Virus record (IMG/VR): IMGVR_UViG_3300047160_036266 | Location: 96,001 to 160,000 of that record | Length of the DNA stretch: 64,000 nucleotides | From: a virus | Taxonomy: Duplodnaviria > Caudoviricetes | Direction: 5' to 3' (one strand) | In this document: in pieces, positions 18,328 to 26,707 of the stretch | Layout: the number at the start of each line of letters is the position of its first letter | Numbering within the stretch: position 1 is the stretch's first letter | The notes under the pieces: generated by a model | Told to the model about the DNA's origin: nothing | What the model saw: the letters and a program-made list of their open reading frames with translations, nothing else | The model's database searches: none | Made by a program: the position numbers and the translations under genes

Positions 18328-19022
18328 GACTTCTTCGCCCGTTCAAACCGCTTGCTATCACTATTATAAGCGGCAAATAGGCGGAATTCCTTGACCACGT
18401 TGATGTCCCAGAGGACGCCGCTGGCGCAGTCCCAGCCGTAATACCAGTGGGATTCCAACCGCTTCTGGTAGAGGTAGGGGTTAATTTCCACACCGGCGTA
18501 TTGTTCGGCCACGGCGGGCCAGTCAATGTAGTCCATGCGGAGCAGGCCCCGGTGCCGGCGAAAGGGCCGCATGAGTTCGGCCAAGCGCTCGTCCTGTTCC
18601 CAGGGCGGGCCGCAGGAGAATTCTTCCTCGAAGTCTTCAAACTCCTTGAGCGTGGTGATGACTCGCAAGCACTTTGGGTCCAATTCCAGTTCGTAGAAGT
18701 ATTTCTCGCTGCCCCGGAACTCGGCGCACAAACACCAGTCGGCCCAGGAGCCGTTTATTCCCCACCAGAAGCCGGTTGGGGTCGGTTCGCGCTTTTCAAC
18801 CGAGAAGATGGCGGGCTTGTAGTCGTGCTGGTCAGGCGGATATTCCACCTGGAGGCGGTTGATTTTCTTCTTTGACAGGTGCAGACGGTGCTTCCCCCGC
18901 AGGCGGTCGATGAACGTCCGCATCGCCTCGTTGATTGGACTCTCTCGGTGGCGACGTTGGTGGGCCTTCATTTTCTTGATGCTGGCTTCCATGTCCGGCG
19001 TCAAGTTGGGGTTTGGCTTCAT
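18324..19022 (-). CDS. Hypothetical protein
   Basis: 232-aa ORF with GGAG RBS. Confidence 0.6.
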   Translation of the reverse strand: MKPNPNLTPDMEASIKKMKAHQRRHRESPINEAMRTFIDRLRGKHRLHLSKKKINRLQVEYPPDQHDYKPAIFSVEKREPTPTGFWWGINGSWADWCLCAEFRGSEKYFYELELDPKCLRVITTLKEFEDFEEEFSCGPPWEQDERLAELMRPFRRHRGLLRMDYIDWPAVAEQYAGVEINPYLYQKRLESHWYYGWDCASGVLWDINVVKEFRLFAAYNSDSKRFERAKKS

Positions 19023-19209
19023 CGGTTCTCCTCACCGGCTCTATGAGGCAATAATACCTGCGAACCATCTCTGTTATATTTACCTTGAGGATGGGGTTTC
19101 CGTTGGCCTCCTGCCACGGTCGCACCAGGATTGTCAACTCCTCTAAGGAACGGGCAGTACCAATCAGCCGACCGTCGAGGGTCTTGGCCTGGTAGATGCC
19201 CATGTCTTG

Positions 19210-19740
19210 ACGCCACTCGATTTGATCCACGTCAACTCCAAGTTTACAGGCTGGCTTCACGCCACTTACTCCTTCCGGCCTCTTGGCGGTCTGCCTGGGA
19301 CTCCTTTCTCCAGCACAGGGTCCGGCTACCGTTCCTGCCTACTCTCTCGCACCCCCGGTCACGCCTGGCCTTTTCATGCGGTTCCAGGTCCGCCTGAGCG
19401 ACCCCCTTAGTATACTTCTAGGGGCGTGTTGGGCAGCGTATGGGCAAAAAACATGGCTGGTCCCAACGACCTTATAAGATATTCCGCCAACCATAAGGGT
19501 GCCAGCGTCGTAGGCCCGCTGGGAGTTGACCGGAGGAGTAGTGGCGGGTTTGTCCCGCAGTCCCTAGTTTCCACTTTACCACCCTGGGACTTTCCACGCA
19601 CTCAGTTTGAGACTGAGGCTGGGCTACCAGTGTCGCATCGGCAGGTATCAGCACTAAGCATGGAAACCGGGCTTAGTTTTGCCTGCTGCATTTTCTGGCC
19701 ACGTCTTCACCGTGGGGCACCGCTCCAAGCTTCCGGTTGA
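19210..19740. ncRNA. Candidate large structured non-coding RNA
   Basis: About 530-nt gap lacking a credible ORF, with many hairpins (see findings). Confidence 0.4.
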
Positions 19741-19862
19741 TTCATTTGCGCCAGGACTTCCAAAATCCGTCGTCCCAATAGGGTTGAAAGCTGGGGCAAC
19801 CGCAGAACGACGTATAATGTGATCCACAGCTTGCGCAATTATACTCGACCCCGCCGGAAAAG

Positions 19863-20291
19863 TCACCCGTCTTTTGCCACGGGTGGCCCCGCCAGCGGCA
19901 GAGCAATTTTCTTAGCGCCTTCACGGCCTTTTCCCGGAGTCGGGTCAGCAACGTGACCATAACACGCTCTCCCTTCATGTCCTTCGGGGAGGTATTCGGT
20001 GATGGGCAGACCTTCGGGCGTAACGAACAGCAGGCAGTGGCAGTATTTCCAATTTTTCATTTCATCGCAAGCGCAGTTCCACTCCCGGCTGCGTTCGACC
20101 TGGGCCTTTTTCCCTTCCGGGTAGAAGTTACAAGGACACAAGGGCCGACCCACTTCATCCAAGTTGAGGGCCAGCCCTTGTATGACAGACTCAGTGACTT
20201 CGGGGTTCGGGTGTTTGGTGGTCCCGGTCTTCTCCCAATAAGTCTGGACGTACCTCTCGATCTTCCGCTTGGTTTCCGGCTTCGGTTCCAT
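19863..20291 (-). CDS. Ferredoxin-thioredoxin reductase catalytic (beta) subunit
   Basis: GRPLCPC...WNCAC...YCHCLLFVT Cys triad of FTR-c. Confidence 0.85.
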   Translation of the reverse strand: MEPKPETKRKIERYVQTYWEKTGTTKHPNPEVTESVIQGLALNLDEVGRPLCPCNFYPEGKKAQVERSREWNCACDEMKNWKYCHCLLFVTPEGLPITEYLPEGHEGRACYGHVADPTPGKGREGAKKIALPLAGPPVAKDG

Positions 20292-20292
20292 C

Positions 20293-20673
20293 TTATTTTT
20301 TGATCTCCTCAATGAAGTCAATCGCCATGCGCACCTTGGCCGCTCCGATCCGCTCGATCAGGTCCAGCGTGTCCTTGAGGCAAATCAGGGAGGAGGCCGT
20401 GTGGGGCTGCTTGAGATAGTCCGCCACCTTCTGCACGTCCTGCATGGTCAGTTCCAGCTTGTCGTTCTCCCGGACGCCGACCGGCAGGCCCATCCTGCGG
20501 CGAAGAGCGGCCCGCTCGGTCCAGAACATGGACGCTTCGCAGCCATTGGTGATGCCGTAGCGCCCGAAATAGGTGTCCACCTGCTGCCGAGTCGCCTCCG
20601 GCCCCAGCTTTTCAAGGGCCTCCTGGGCGATCTGCTGCCTCGTCTTGCCTTTGTACAGTTGCGGCTTGCCCAT
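20293..20673 (-). CDS. Hypothetical protein
   Basis: 126-aa ORF with GGAG RBS. Confidence 0.55.
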   Translation of the reverse strand: MGKPQLYKGKTRQQIAQEALEKLGPEATRQQVDTYFGRYGITNGCEASMFWTERAALRRRMGLPVGVRENDKLELTMQDVQKVADYLKQPHTASSLICLKDTLDLIERIGAAKVRMAIDFIEEIKK

Positions 20674-21442
20674 CTGAAATCTCCTTCGGGTGTGTGGTGA
20701 GGATTCTGCAACCTTTGTCAGTCACGAGAACCGTATGCTCGTACTGTGCGCTTAAAGCCCCATCCTGGGTGCGGGCCGTCCATTGGTCAACTTCGTCAAT
20801 CACGGCTTCGGCCACGCCGAGATTTATCATTGGCTCGATGGTGAATATCATGCCTGGGCGCAGGCGTGGTCCCTCGCCCCTGACCGTGTTGTTATACGTC
20901 ACCTGTGGCTCTTCATGAAACTGAATGCCAACGCCATGCCCGCAGAACTGGTGGACCACGCTACAACCCTGCGACCGGGCGTACTTGTTAATTTCAAAAC
21001 CGATGTTGCCAAGCCTTTGGCCCGGCCACACGTTGGCAATGCCGATGTTCATGCACTTGTGGGCGACCGCCATGATTTTCTTGGCGTCATCCGAGACTTC
21101 ACCCACGGCAAACATATAGCTAGTGTCGCCGTAGTAGCCGCCGAGGATTGTGGTCACGTCGATGTTGACAATATCGCCGCCTTTGAGAATCTGCCCGCCA
21201 GGAATGCCGTGGCAAATGACCTCGTTGACGGAGATGCAAGTGGCCCTGGGGAAGCCGCAATAACCCTTGGGGGCTGGAAGGGCGGCGTGGTCGTAGATGA
21301 ATTTTTCAATTTGCAAATCCAGTTCGGAAGTCGTCACGCCGGCCCTTACGAATGGACGGATATATTCCAGGCATTCGCCGGCCAGCTTGCAACTCTGCTC
21401 AATGCCGACCACCTGCCGGGGAGTTTTGATAATGATGCCCAT
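20612..21442 (-). CDS. map: Methionine aminopeptidase type I
   Basis: CISVNEVICHGIP, GDIVNIDVT, YYGDTS, GHGVG..FHEEP, FTIEPMIN, SAQYEHTV. Confidence 0.95.
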   Translation of the reverse strand: MGIIIKTPRQVVGIEQSCKLAGECLEYIRPFVRAGVTTSELDLQIEKFIYDHAALPAPKGYCGFPRATCISVNEVICHGIPGGQILKGGDIVNIDVTTILGGYYGDTSYMFAVGEVSDDAKKIMAVAHKCMNIGIANVWPGQRLGNIGFEINKYARSQGCSVVHQFCGHGVGIQFHEEPQVTYNNTVRGEGPRLRPGMIFTIEPMINLGVAEAVIDEVDQWTARTQDGALSAQYEHTVLVTDKGCRILTTHPKEISDGQAATVQRQDEAADRPGGP

Positions 21443-21488
21443 GCTTGTATTATAATGCACCAGCATCTCAAGCCCACGGTAGCGTTTG

Positions 21489-21522
21489 AAAAAGCCCGGC
21501 GGGAGGGTCGGCCCGCCGGGCT
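21489..21522 (-). terminator. Intrinsic terminator
   Basis: GCCCGGCGGG/CCCGCCGGGC hairpin followed by U-tract on the minus strand. Confidence 0.7.
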
Positions 21523-21527
21523 ACGGG

Positions 21528-21806
21528 TCATGCGATCTGGATTTGCGTCTTCTGGTGCTGGGTGTCGAGGATGGTGATGCGACACTTGTTCGTGATGAGC
21601 AGGTCGAGCTTGTTCAATCTCTCCCGCACGTCCTGGCCGGTCGGACACAAGGGATGATAGAAGACTTCATCATCCGTTGTCATCCAGCCGTCATCCTTCA
21701 GTTTGTCGATCACCTTCTGGAACTTTTTGAGCGTTTTGGCGACGGTCTTCTTGGCTTCAGGCTCCACCTGAACACCGGGCAGGTCTTTCCTTTCCTCTTC
21801 AGCCAT
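21528..21806 (-). CDS. Hypothetical protein
   Basis: 92-aa ORF. Confidence 0.5.
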   Translation of the reverse strand: MAEEERKDLPGVQVEPEAKKTVAKTLKKFQKVIDKLKDDGWMTTDDEVFYHPLCPTGQDVRERLNKLDLLITNKCRITILDTQHQKTQIQIA

Positions 21807-21957
21807 CAGTAGCCCTCTCTCACAAAGACTCGGTTATTGCCCAGCCTCCTTCCCTGTCTTTTTCAGATGCTACTGAAGAAACTTGTGGTTGTAAAGCACA
21901 CAAATGGAGGCGGCGCGACTTGCACGCGCAAGCAACTCCAGCCTTTCGGTTTAGGAA

Positions 21958-22395
21958 TTACTCAGCCTTCTCGCCCCCCGTCCTTTTCGCTTCCCAGAGC
22001 CTCCGTGTCTCCTCCCGGCACGCCTTGCAGTGGGTCTTGATCCAGTTGGTTGGCGTGGGCAGGGGTTCGGCTTCCTCTGTGCTGCCGCATCGTTCGCACA
22101 CCTTCGCAGAGTCCTCCTCTGCCTTGTGGATCAGGTCGTAGATGGACTGGTTTCCACCACTACCGTATATACGCAGCGTCCCGAACTTCTCCTTGATCTG
22201 GAGGAACTTGAAGTCCACGCTGCTGTCCTTGGCCGACTCCTCTCGGATTTTGTCGCACAGCAAGAACAGGATCGGGAACCAGCCCTTCTCGACGCAAACG
22301 CCGAAAGCCATACAGGTTACGCGAGGATCACCGCCGTGGTCCCGGAAGAAGGTCGGGAACTCTTCCACCAGTTTCTTTTCCCATTCTTCGGTCAT
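21958..22395 (-). CDS. Hypothetical phage protein
   Basis: QIKEKFGTLRIY motif and CERCG/HC Zn-ribbon. Confidence 0.6.
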   Translation of the reverse strand: MTEEWEKKLVEEFPTFFRDHGGDPRVTCMAFGVCVEKGWFPILFLLCDKIREESAKDSSVDFKFLQIKEKFGTLRIYGSGGNQSIYDLIHKAEEDSAKVCERCGSTEEAEPLPTPTNWIKTHCKACREETRRLWEAKRTGGEKAE

Positions 22396-22405
22396 GCTGT
22401 TCTCC

Positions 22406-23179
22406 TTATCGACAGGCGAAGAGGCGGGCAGGCTGAAGTTTCACTTTTTGGCCGTTGCCGTACCTCCGCACCTTCCCTTTCTCACAAATTACCATCTGTC
22501 CCCTGCCCATGACTTGGACGGTGTTATCTATTATGATGATCGCCGTTGCCTCGTCAATGCCTATCCCCATAAGGTTGGGGTGCTTACTCAAAAGGTTGAG
22601 CAAGCGGTTAAGACGTTTTCGGTTGGTGAAATGCTGGTCCACAATGGGGTCCACGAGGCCCAGACCCACTGCTTCGGTATCTTCGTACACCATCACCTTG
22701 CTGACGATGGAAGCGCCGGCGGACGTGCCTCCGATCACCCCGCCCCGACGATACAGGTTCTTTAATTCCTCCTCAACCCTGGTGCCGCCGTAGCGTTCGG
22801 CAAGGATCGCCTGGTCGCCGCCGGAAAACCAAACGCCGGTGGCTTTTTGCAAAACACCGGCGAGTTTATTCGATTGGAGGCGGTTGGGAGCGTGGAGTAC
22901 CTGGATCGAGGCCACCTTCTCCGTGGCCCAATAACGCAGGATCGTTCGTTCTATATTCGGTTCCCGACAGGCGGTGGGGATTAAGACGATCCGTGCCTGT
23001 TCACCGCCTGCCAGCACGATGAACTGCTGTCTTATTTCTGGTAAGGTTGTCCCACCACCGACCAGGACGAAGGAACCGTAATGGACGGGCGAGGATTCAA
23101 TATGGGGTGCCTGCAATTGACAAGGGATGCAGGCAAAAAGGGCGAAGCAGAGGAGCAAGAAAATGCAGTAGCGTAACAT
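22406..23179 (-). CDS. Cyanophycinase / peptidase S51, with signal peptide
   Basis: LVGGG, IVLIPTA, GVWFSGGDQ, GGTSAGA, IVDQHF..R.RL.RL, GIGIDEATA. Confidence 0.88.
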   Translation of the reverse strand: MLRYCIFLLLCFALFACIPCQLQAPHIESSPVHYGSFVLVGGGTTLPEIRQQFIVLAGGEQARIVLIPTACREPNIERTILRYWATEKVASIQVLHAPNRLQSNKLAGVLQKATGVWFSGGDQAILAERYGGTRVEEELKNLYRRGGVIGGTSAGASIVSKVMVYEDTEAVGLGLVDPIVDQHFTNRKRLNRLLNLLSKHPNLMGIGIDEATAIIIIDNTVQVMGRGQMVICEKGKVRRYGNGQKVKLQPARLFACR

Positions 23180-23218
23180 ACTTCCGTGTAATTAGTTGTA
23201 CATATCCATATTTCAGCG

Positions 23219-23590
23219 TTATTTCTTCGGAATTTGCCCTCGATGAGTTTGGTGAAAGAGCTTCACGGCAGCCGTGGCGGCTTCCCGCTTACTCATCCCC
23301 GGAGGGTCTTCTTCCGTCCCGCCATGACAGTGACAGCGTTTCATCTGGTGCCCCACGGAACCGACCACGCTGCGAACGAAGCAGTCGATGTGCCAGGGGT
23401 GACTTTCGAGCCGGGGCAGCTTCTTGAGAAAGTCCTCGATATTGAAGCCGAACAGGCCGTCGATCATGACCCCCTGATCGCCCTCCGCAATCGGCTCGTC
23501 GCAATGGGCGCAGAGGACACCCACCGGCGTGTCCACATGCTCGCCCTGACAAACAGATGCGCCCCAACTCTCGCCAAACCACTTGGTCAT
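23219..23590 (-). CDS. Hypothetical Cys/His-rich protein
   Basis: CAHC...HIDC. Confidence 0.5.
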   Translation of the reverse strand: MTKWFGESWGASVCQGEHVDTPVGVLCAHCDEPIAEGDQGVMIDGLFGFNIEDFLKKLPRLESHPWHIDCFVRSVVGSVGHQMKRCHCHGGTEEDPPGMSKREAATAAVKLFHQTHRGQIPKK

Positions 23591-23754
23591 TGGCTCCTCC
23601 AGGCCAGGTAAAGGTTGACCGCCAGCCATATTAACAGGCCCAGGACGAAGGAGCCAAACAGGAGGTTCCCTGTCTTGATGTACCCTTTATTATGGAGCCG
23701 GGCGGTGGCATAACCAACGCCCAGCCCCAGGATCAGGAAAATGGTGCCGGTCAT
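23587..23754 (-). CDS. Small two-TM membrane protein
   Basis: 55-aa ORF MTGTIFLILGLGVG...; ATGA overlaps both neighbours. Confidence 0.5.
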   Translation of the reverse strand: MTGTIFLILGLGVGYATARLHNKGYIKTGNLLFGSFVLGLLIWLAVNLYLAWRSQ

Positions 23755-24101
23755 ATCGCCTCGCGCCGTCCGTATTTGGTGAAGTTGCCTCGTGTGTAGC
23801 CGCAGCCATGCAAGGCGTACTCGATCACCAGCCGCAGCGACTTCCAGTATTCCAGCGGGAACGCCCCGCCGTAACGGTGGTTCAGCCGGGCGATGCGATT
23901 CTTGCCCTCGCCCTCGACCAGCAGGAACCAGTCGTTGCCACCCAAGTCCCAGGAGTCGCTGCCGCCGCCTTTCTGATAGGGAATGCCTTCCGACTTCAGG
24001 CCCCAGACGAGCATGGACAGCCGCTCGGCCAACTCCTTCTCGTCCCAGGTGCCGATTTCAAAATGAATCTCGCCAACGCTGTCGTCGTCAAGCGTCAACA
24101 T
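23751..24101 (-). CDS. Hypothetical protein
   Basis: 116-aa ORF. Confidence 0.5.
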   Translation of the reverse strand: MLTLDDDSVGEIHFEIGTWDEKELAERLSMLVWGLKSEGIPYQKGGGSDSWDLGGNDWFLLVEGEGKNRIARLNHRYGGAFPLEYWKSLRLVIEYALHGCGYTRGNFTKYGRREAI

Positions 24102-24537
24102 GGATGAACTCCTTGAGGATGCGGATTCCGTTCCATGTCTGTTCCTGTTCTTTCCGTTTGGACTCTTCGATCTGTTCGGCTGTCACCCAGGGGGCGTAAC
24201 AGGCGATGTAGAAGGTCCGGGGCCACTTGGTCTGGTCGTCACCGGGGTGGTTGGCGAGCATCCTTTTTATTTCCGCCATCAGGTCGGGCGGACACAAGCG
24301 GATGAACTCCTCCATCTCATCCCGAATGGCGAGCCGGCAGACGTAGTTCCCAAACTCAGTCTTGGTAATGTCGCCCCGGTTGTAAACATCGACAGCGTGG
24401 ATCATGTGCGGTTTGGCACGCTTCGGACGGGACGCTTCCAGGTCTTTCCACCACTGGATTTGCTCCTCCCGGCTCAGCGCGTCCCACTCCTCTGGCGAAA
24501 TCTCATTGGGACGCCAGATCAGTCGTTCCTTGGTCAT
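24088..24537 (-). CDS. Hypothetical protein
   Basis: MTKERLIW... with GGAG RBS. Confidence 0.5.
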   Translation of the reverse strand: MTKERLIWRPNEISPEEWDALSREEQIQWWKDLEASRPKRAKPHMIHAVDVYNRGDITKTEFGNYVCRLAIRDEMEEFIRLCPPDLMAEIKRMLANHPGDDQTKWPRTFYIACYAPWVTAEQIEESKRKEQEQTWNGIRILKEFIHVDA

Positions 24538-25213
24538 CGCAGCACTCCTTGGAGAGTTTGCCAGAGCCGCAAAGGCATTGCTCGTCTGGTTTTGCGTCGT
24601 TCCAGGCGTCCTCGTCCCAATCCGCCACGTCGATCTGGTGCCGTTCGGTCGGCCCGATCCACAGGTGGACGCCTTTCTTGCCGTCGTTGACGTGCATCCA
24701 CATTGTACACGCATCCATCCGCTCCATGTGGAGAATGCACTTGCCCTGGAATTTGAAAAACAGTTCATCGAAGATGCCGTCGTCGCCGGCCCAGCCCTCG
24801 CAGATGGTCCACGGGCCGCAGAGGTAATCGTGGTCGCCGTCCTTCTCCAACTTCGCTTTGCGGGCCTGCATGATCTCGGCGTAGGTGAACTTGGCGTCTA
24901 CCATCGCCTGTTCTTCTTGGGTCCATTCCTCTTCGATGTCCCAAACGACGCCGGAGGGAGTGACATCGAGGGGGCGGAAGTGAATGACAAGGCGGCGCAG
25001 GGTTCCCGGCTCGTAGAGCGCCATCCAGATAACGTGGTCATCCAGGCGTTCCAGGTGGATGAGGCATTCGTCGTTCTTGCACAGGACCACTTCATCCAGG
25101 TCTTCGTCGTCCTGCGGCTCAAAGCGCAGTTCAATCTCCCCGATCCACTCCTGGCGGTAGCGGTGGGTGCGGCCTCCGACTTGGTATTCGTGGTAGTGGT
25201 AGTTGGTATTCAC
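24503..25213 (-). CDS. Hypothetical protein with C-terminal SEC-C motif
   Basis: EQCLCGSGKLSKECC; start uncertain. Confidence 0.5.
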   Translation of the reverse strand: MNTNYHYHEYQVGGRTHRYRQEWIGEIELRFEPQDDEDLDEVVLCKNDECLIHLERLDDHVIWMALYEPGTLRRLVIHFRPLDVTPSGVVWDIEEEWTQEEQAMVDAKFTYAEIMQARKAKLEKDGDHDYLCGPWTICEGWAGDDGIFDELFFKFQGKCILHMERMDACTMWMHVNDGKKGVHLWIGPTERHQIDVADWDEDAWNDAKPDEQCLCGSGKLSKECCDDQGTTDLASQ

Positions 25214-25484
25214 GGCAGTAGCTCTCGAAGGTGGCGATGCCGAAGTGTTCCAGAAACCTCGTGAAGTATTGGCTGCGGTCCCGCCCTTCACGGGCCTGGT
25301 GCTTCTCTAGTTGATAGCATACTTCCAGAAGGTAACTTTGGAAAGTACGAAACCCCCGACCTCGCAGCGTTGATTTCACCACGAAGGTCGGGTAAAAGTC
25401 GCACGCTCGTGCGAGATCAGGGGTGATGAAATCCTTGATGGCGACGGGTAGCTCGATGTCATCCACCAGGATTTGAGTTGACAT
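25131..25484 (-). CDS. Hypothetical protein
   Basis: MSTQILVDD...; 3' end overlaps next ORF. Confidence 0.4.
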   Translation of the reverse strand: MSTQILVDDIELPVAIKDFITPDLARACDFYPTFVVKSTLRGRGFRTFQSYLLEVCYQLEKHQAREGRDRSQYFTRFLEHFGIATFESYCREYQLPLPRIPSRRPHPPLPPGVDRGD

Positions 25485-25753
25485 TAGTAGACTCGCACAC
25501 GCTTGTAGCGGTAACAAAGCTTCTCAATGTAACCCGTCACGACGCCGTAGCAGTCGTAAACCGGAACTGTCCTGTAGTAAGGCACGCGAATCCGCTTGTA
25601 CCGAACCCGGTAGGCGCTGTAGCCATATCCGTGGACATGACGATAACTATGCCGGTGGTGGCGGTGGTGCTTGTAGTGAGCCGCTTCTGCCGTGCCTGTG
25701 CCGCCCACAAGGGAAGCCAGACCTACAACGGCGGAAAGCAGTAACGCTTTCAT
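25484..25753 (-). CDS. Small secreted His/Tyr/Arg-rich protein
   Basis: Signal peptide ending AEA; HYKHHRHHRH. Confidence 0.6.
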   Translation of the reverse strand: MKALLLSAVVGLASLVGGTGTAEAAHYKHHRHHRHSYRHVHGYGYSAYRVRYKRIRVPYYRTVPVYDCYGVVTGYIEKLCYRYKRVRVY

Positions 25754-25823
25754 GCGTTCCTCCTAACTCTAGGGTATGAACCTACTTATATAGGAGGAAT
25801 GACAACTAATTTAGTGAACATTC

Positions 25824-26003
25824 CTAACGTGGTGCAAATAATAGGATTACGAACCCCAGGATCAGGAATACCAGTGCGATCCAGCCGGTGGTTTGTTGAG
25901 CTTCGGGCGAGTCCCAGCGGCGTCCTGCGTTATTGAGGAACAGCAATAACGCGCCAAAGGCTACGAGAATCCATCCAAGTACGAACACGATGAAAGCCTC
26001 CAT
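25824..26003 (-). CDS. Small two-TM membrane protein
   Basis: MEAFIVFVLGW... Confidence 0.5.
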   Translation of the reverse strand: MEAFIVFVLGWILVAFGALLLFLNNAGRRWDSPEAQQTTGWIALVFLILGFVILLFAPR

Positions 26004-26015
26004 TCTTTTTGGGAG

Positions 26016-26099
26016 TGCCAGGGGAGGGAGTCGAACCCTCACGGGATTTCTCCCACCAGATTTTGAGTCTGGCGTGGCTGCCGATTACACCACCCTGGC
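26016..26099 (-). tRNA. tRNA-Leu(CAA)
   Basis: CCAGA-CTCAAAA-TCTGG, long variable arm, GGTTCGACTCC, A73. Confidence 0.92.
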
Positions 26100-26302
26100 T
26101 AATTGGCCGACATCTTGCCGATGCCGTTACCCTGATGTGCCATTATAAGGACGGCTTCCTCACGAGAGAAACCTTCCGCCATCATAGCGTCGAGGGTTTT
26201 CTTATAGAGGCGGGCAGCGATTTTGAAAATCTCTTCCTGCTTTTCCGCCGCTTCCATCATATATTTGACGGCCTCAAACATCTCGTCTATTTGCTCGATC
26301 AT
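26099..26302 (-). CDS. Small hypothetical protein
   Basis: MIEQIDEMFE..., GGAGG RBS. Confidence 0.5.
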   Translation of the reverse strand: MIEQIDEMFEAVKYMMEAAEKQEEIFKIAARLYKKTLDAMMAEGFSREEAVLIMAHQGNGIGKMSAN

Positions 26303-26316
26303 GGGAACCTCCAAAG

Positions 26317-26400
26317 TGTCCAGGGCGGGAGTCGAACCCGCACGCCCTTTCGGGCACCAGCCCCTCAAGCTGGCGTGGCTACCAGTTACACCACCTGGAC
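26317..26400 (-). tRNA. tRNA-Leu(GAG)
   Basis: CCAGC-TTGAGGG-GCTGG, long variable arm, GGTTCGACTCC. Confidence 0.92.
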
Positions 26401-26612
26401 AGGGGCGGCGGTTGTTACCTCTTGCCAGATCAACATTCTCGGCACGGGGGCCATTGAGAAGGTCATCTAAGCACCAGGGCCACGCTCCGTGTCAAAAGAC
26501 GACTCGGCGTTTACCTGGCTCTGGCAGACGACTTCCCCTTCCGCCGCCCGGTCGTCTACTCGATGGTATCGAAGACGCGCAATAGTCGGGGAAGAGGCCA
26601 AGACAGAGGCAG

Positions 26613-26695
26613 TGCCCAGGGTGGGAGTTGAACCCACACGCCCTTACGGGCACACGGCCCTGAACCGTGCGTGGCTGCCATTACACCACCTGGGC
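26613..26695 (-). tRNA. tRNA-Leu(CAG)
   Basis: CACGG-TTCAGGG-CCGTG, long variable arm, GGTTCAACTCC. Confidence 0.92.
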
Positions 26696-26707
26696 TTTCA
26701 TTTCATT

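Noticed and set aside
19560-19610. GGAAAGTCC on the minus strand suggesting a second RNase P RNA
   Set aside because: No matching CR-V/P4 partner or P1/P2 closure was found; kept only as an unassigned ncRNA candidate.
19742-19978. 78-aa ORF overlapping the FTR 3' end
   Set aside because: It overlaps a confident gene by more than 100 nt in the ATG-called form; a shorter version cannot be excluded but is unsupported.
26405-26605. Hairpins between tRNA-Leu(GAG) and tRNA-Leu(CAG) resembling SRP RNA (GGAA loop)
   Set aside because: The SRP domain IV symmetric-loop consensus is not matched; the evidence is too weak to call.
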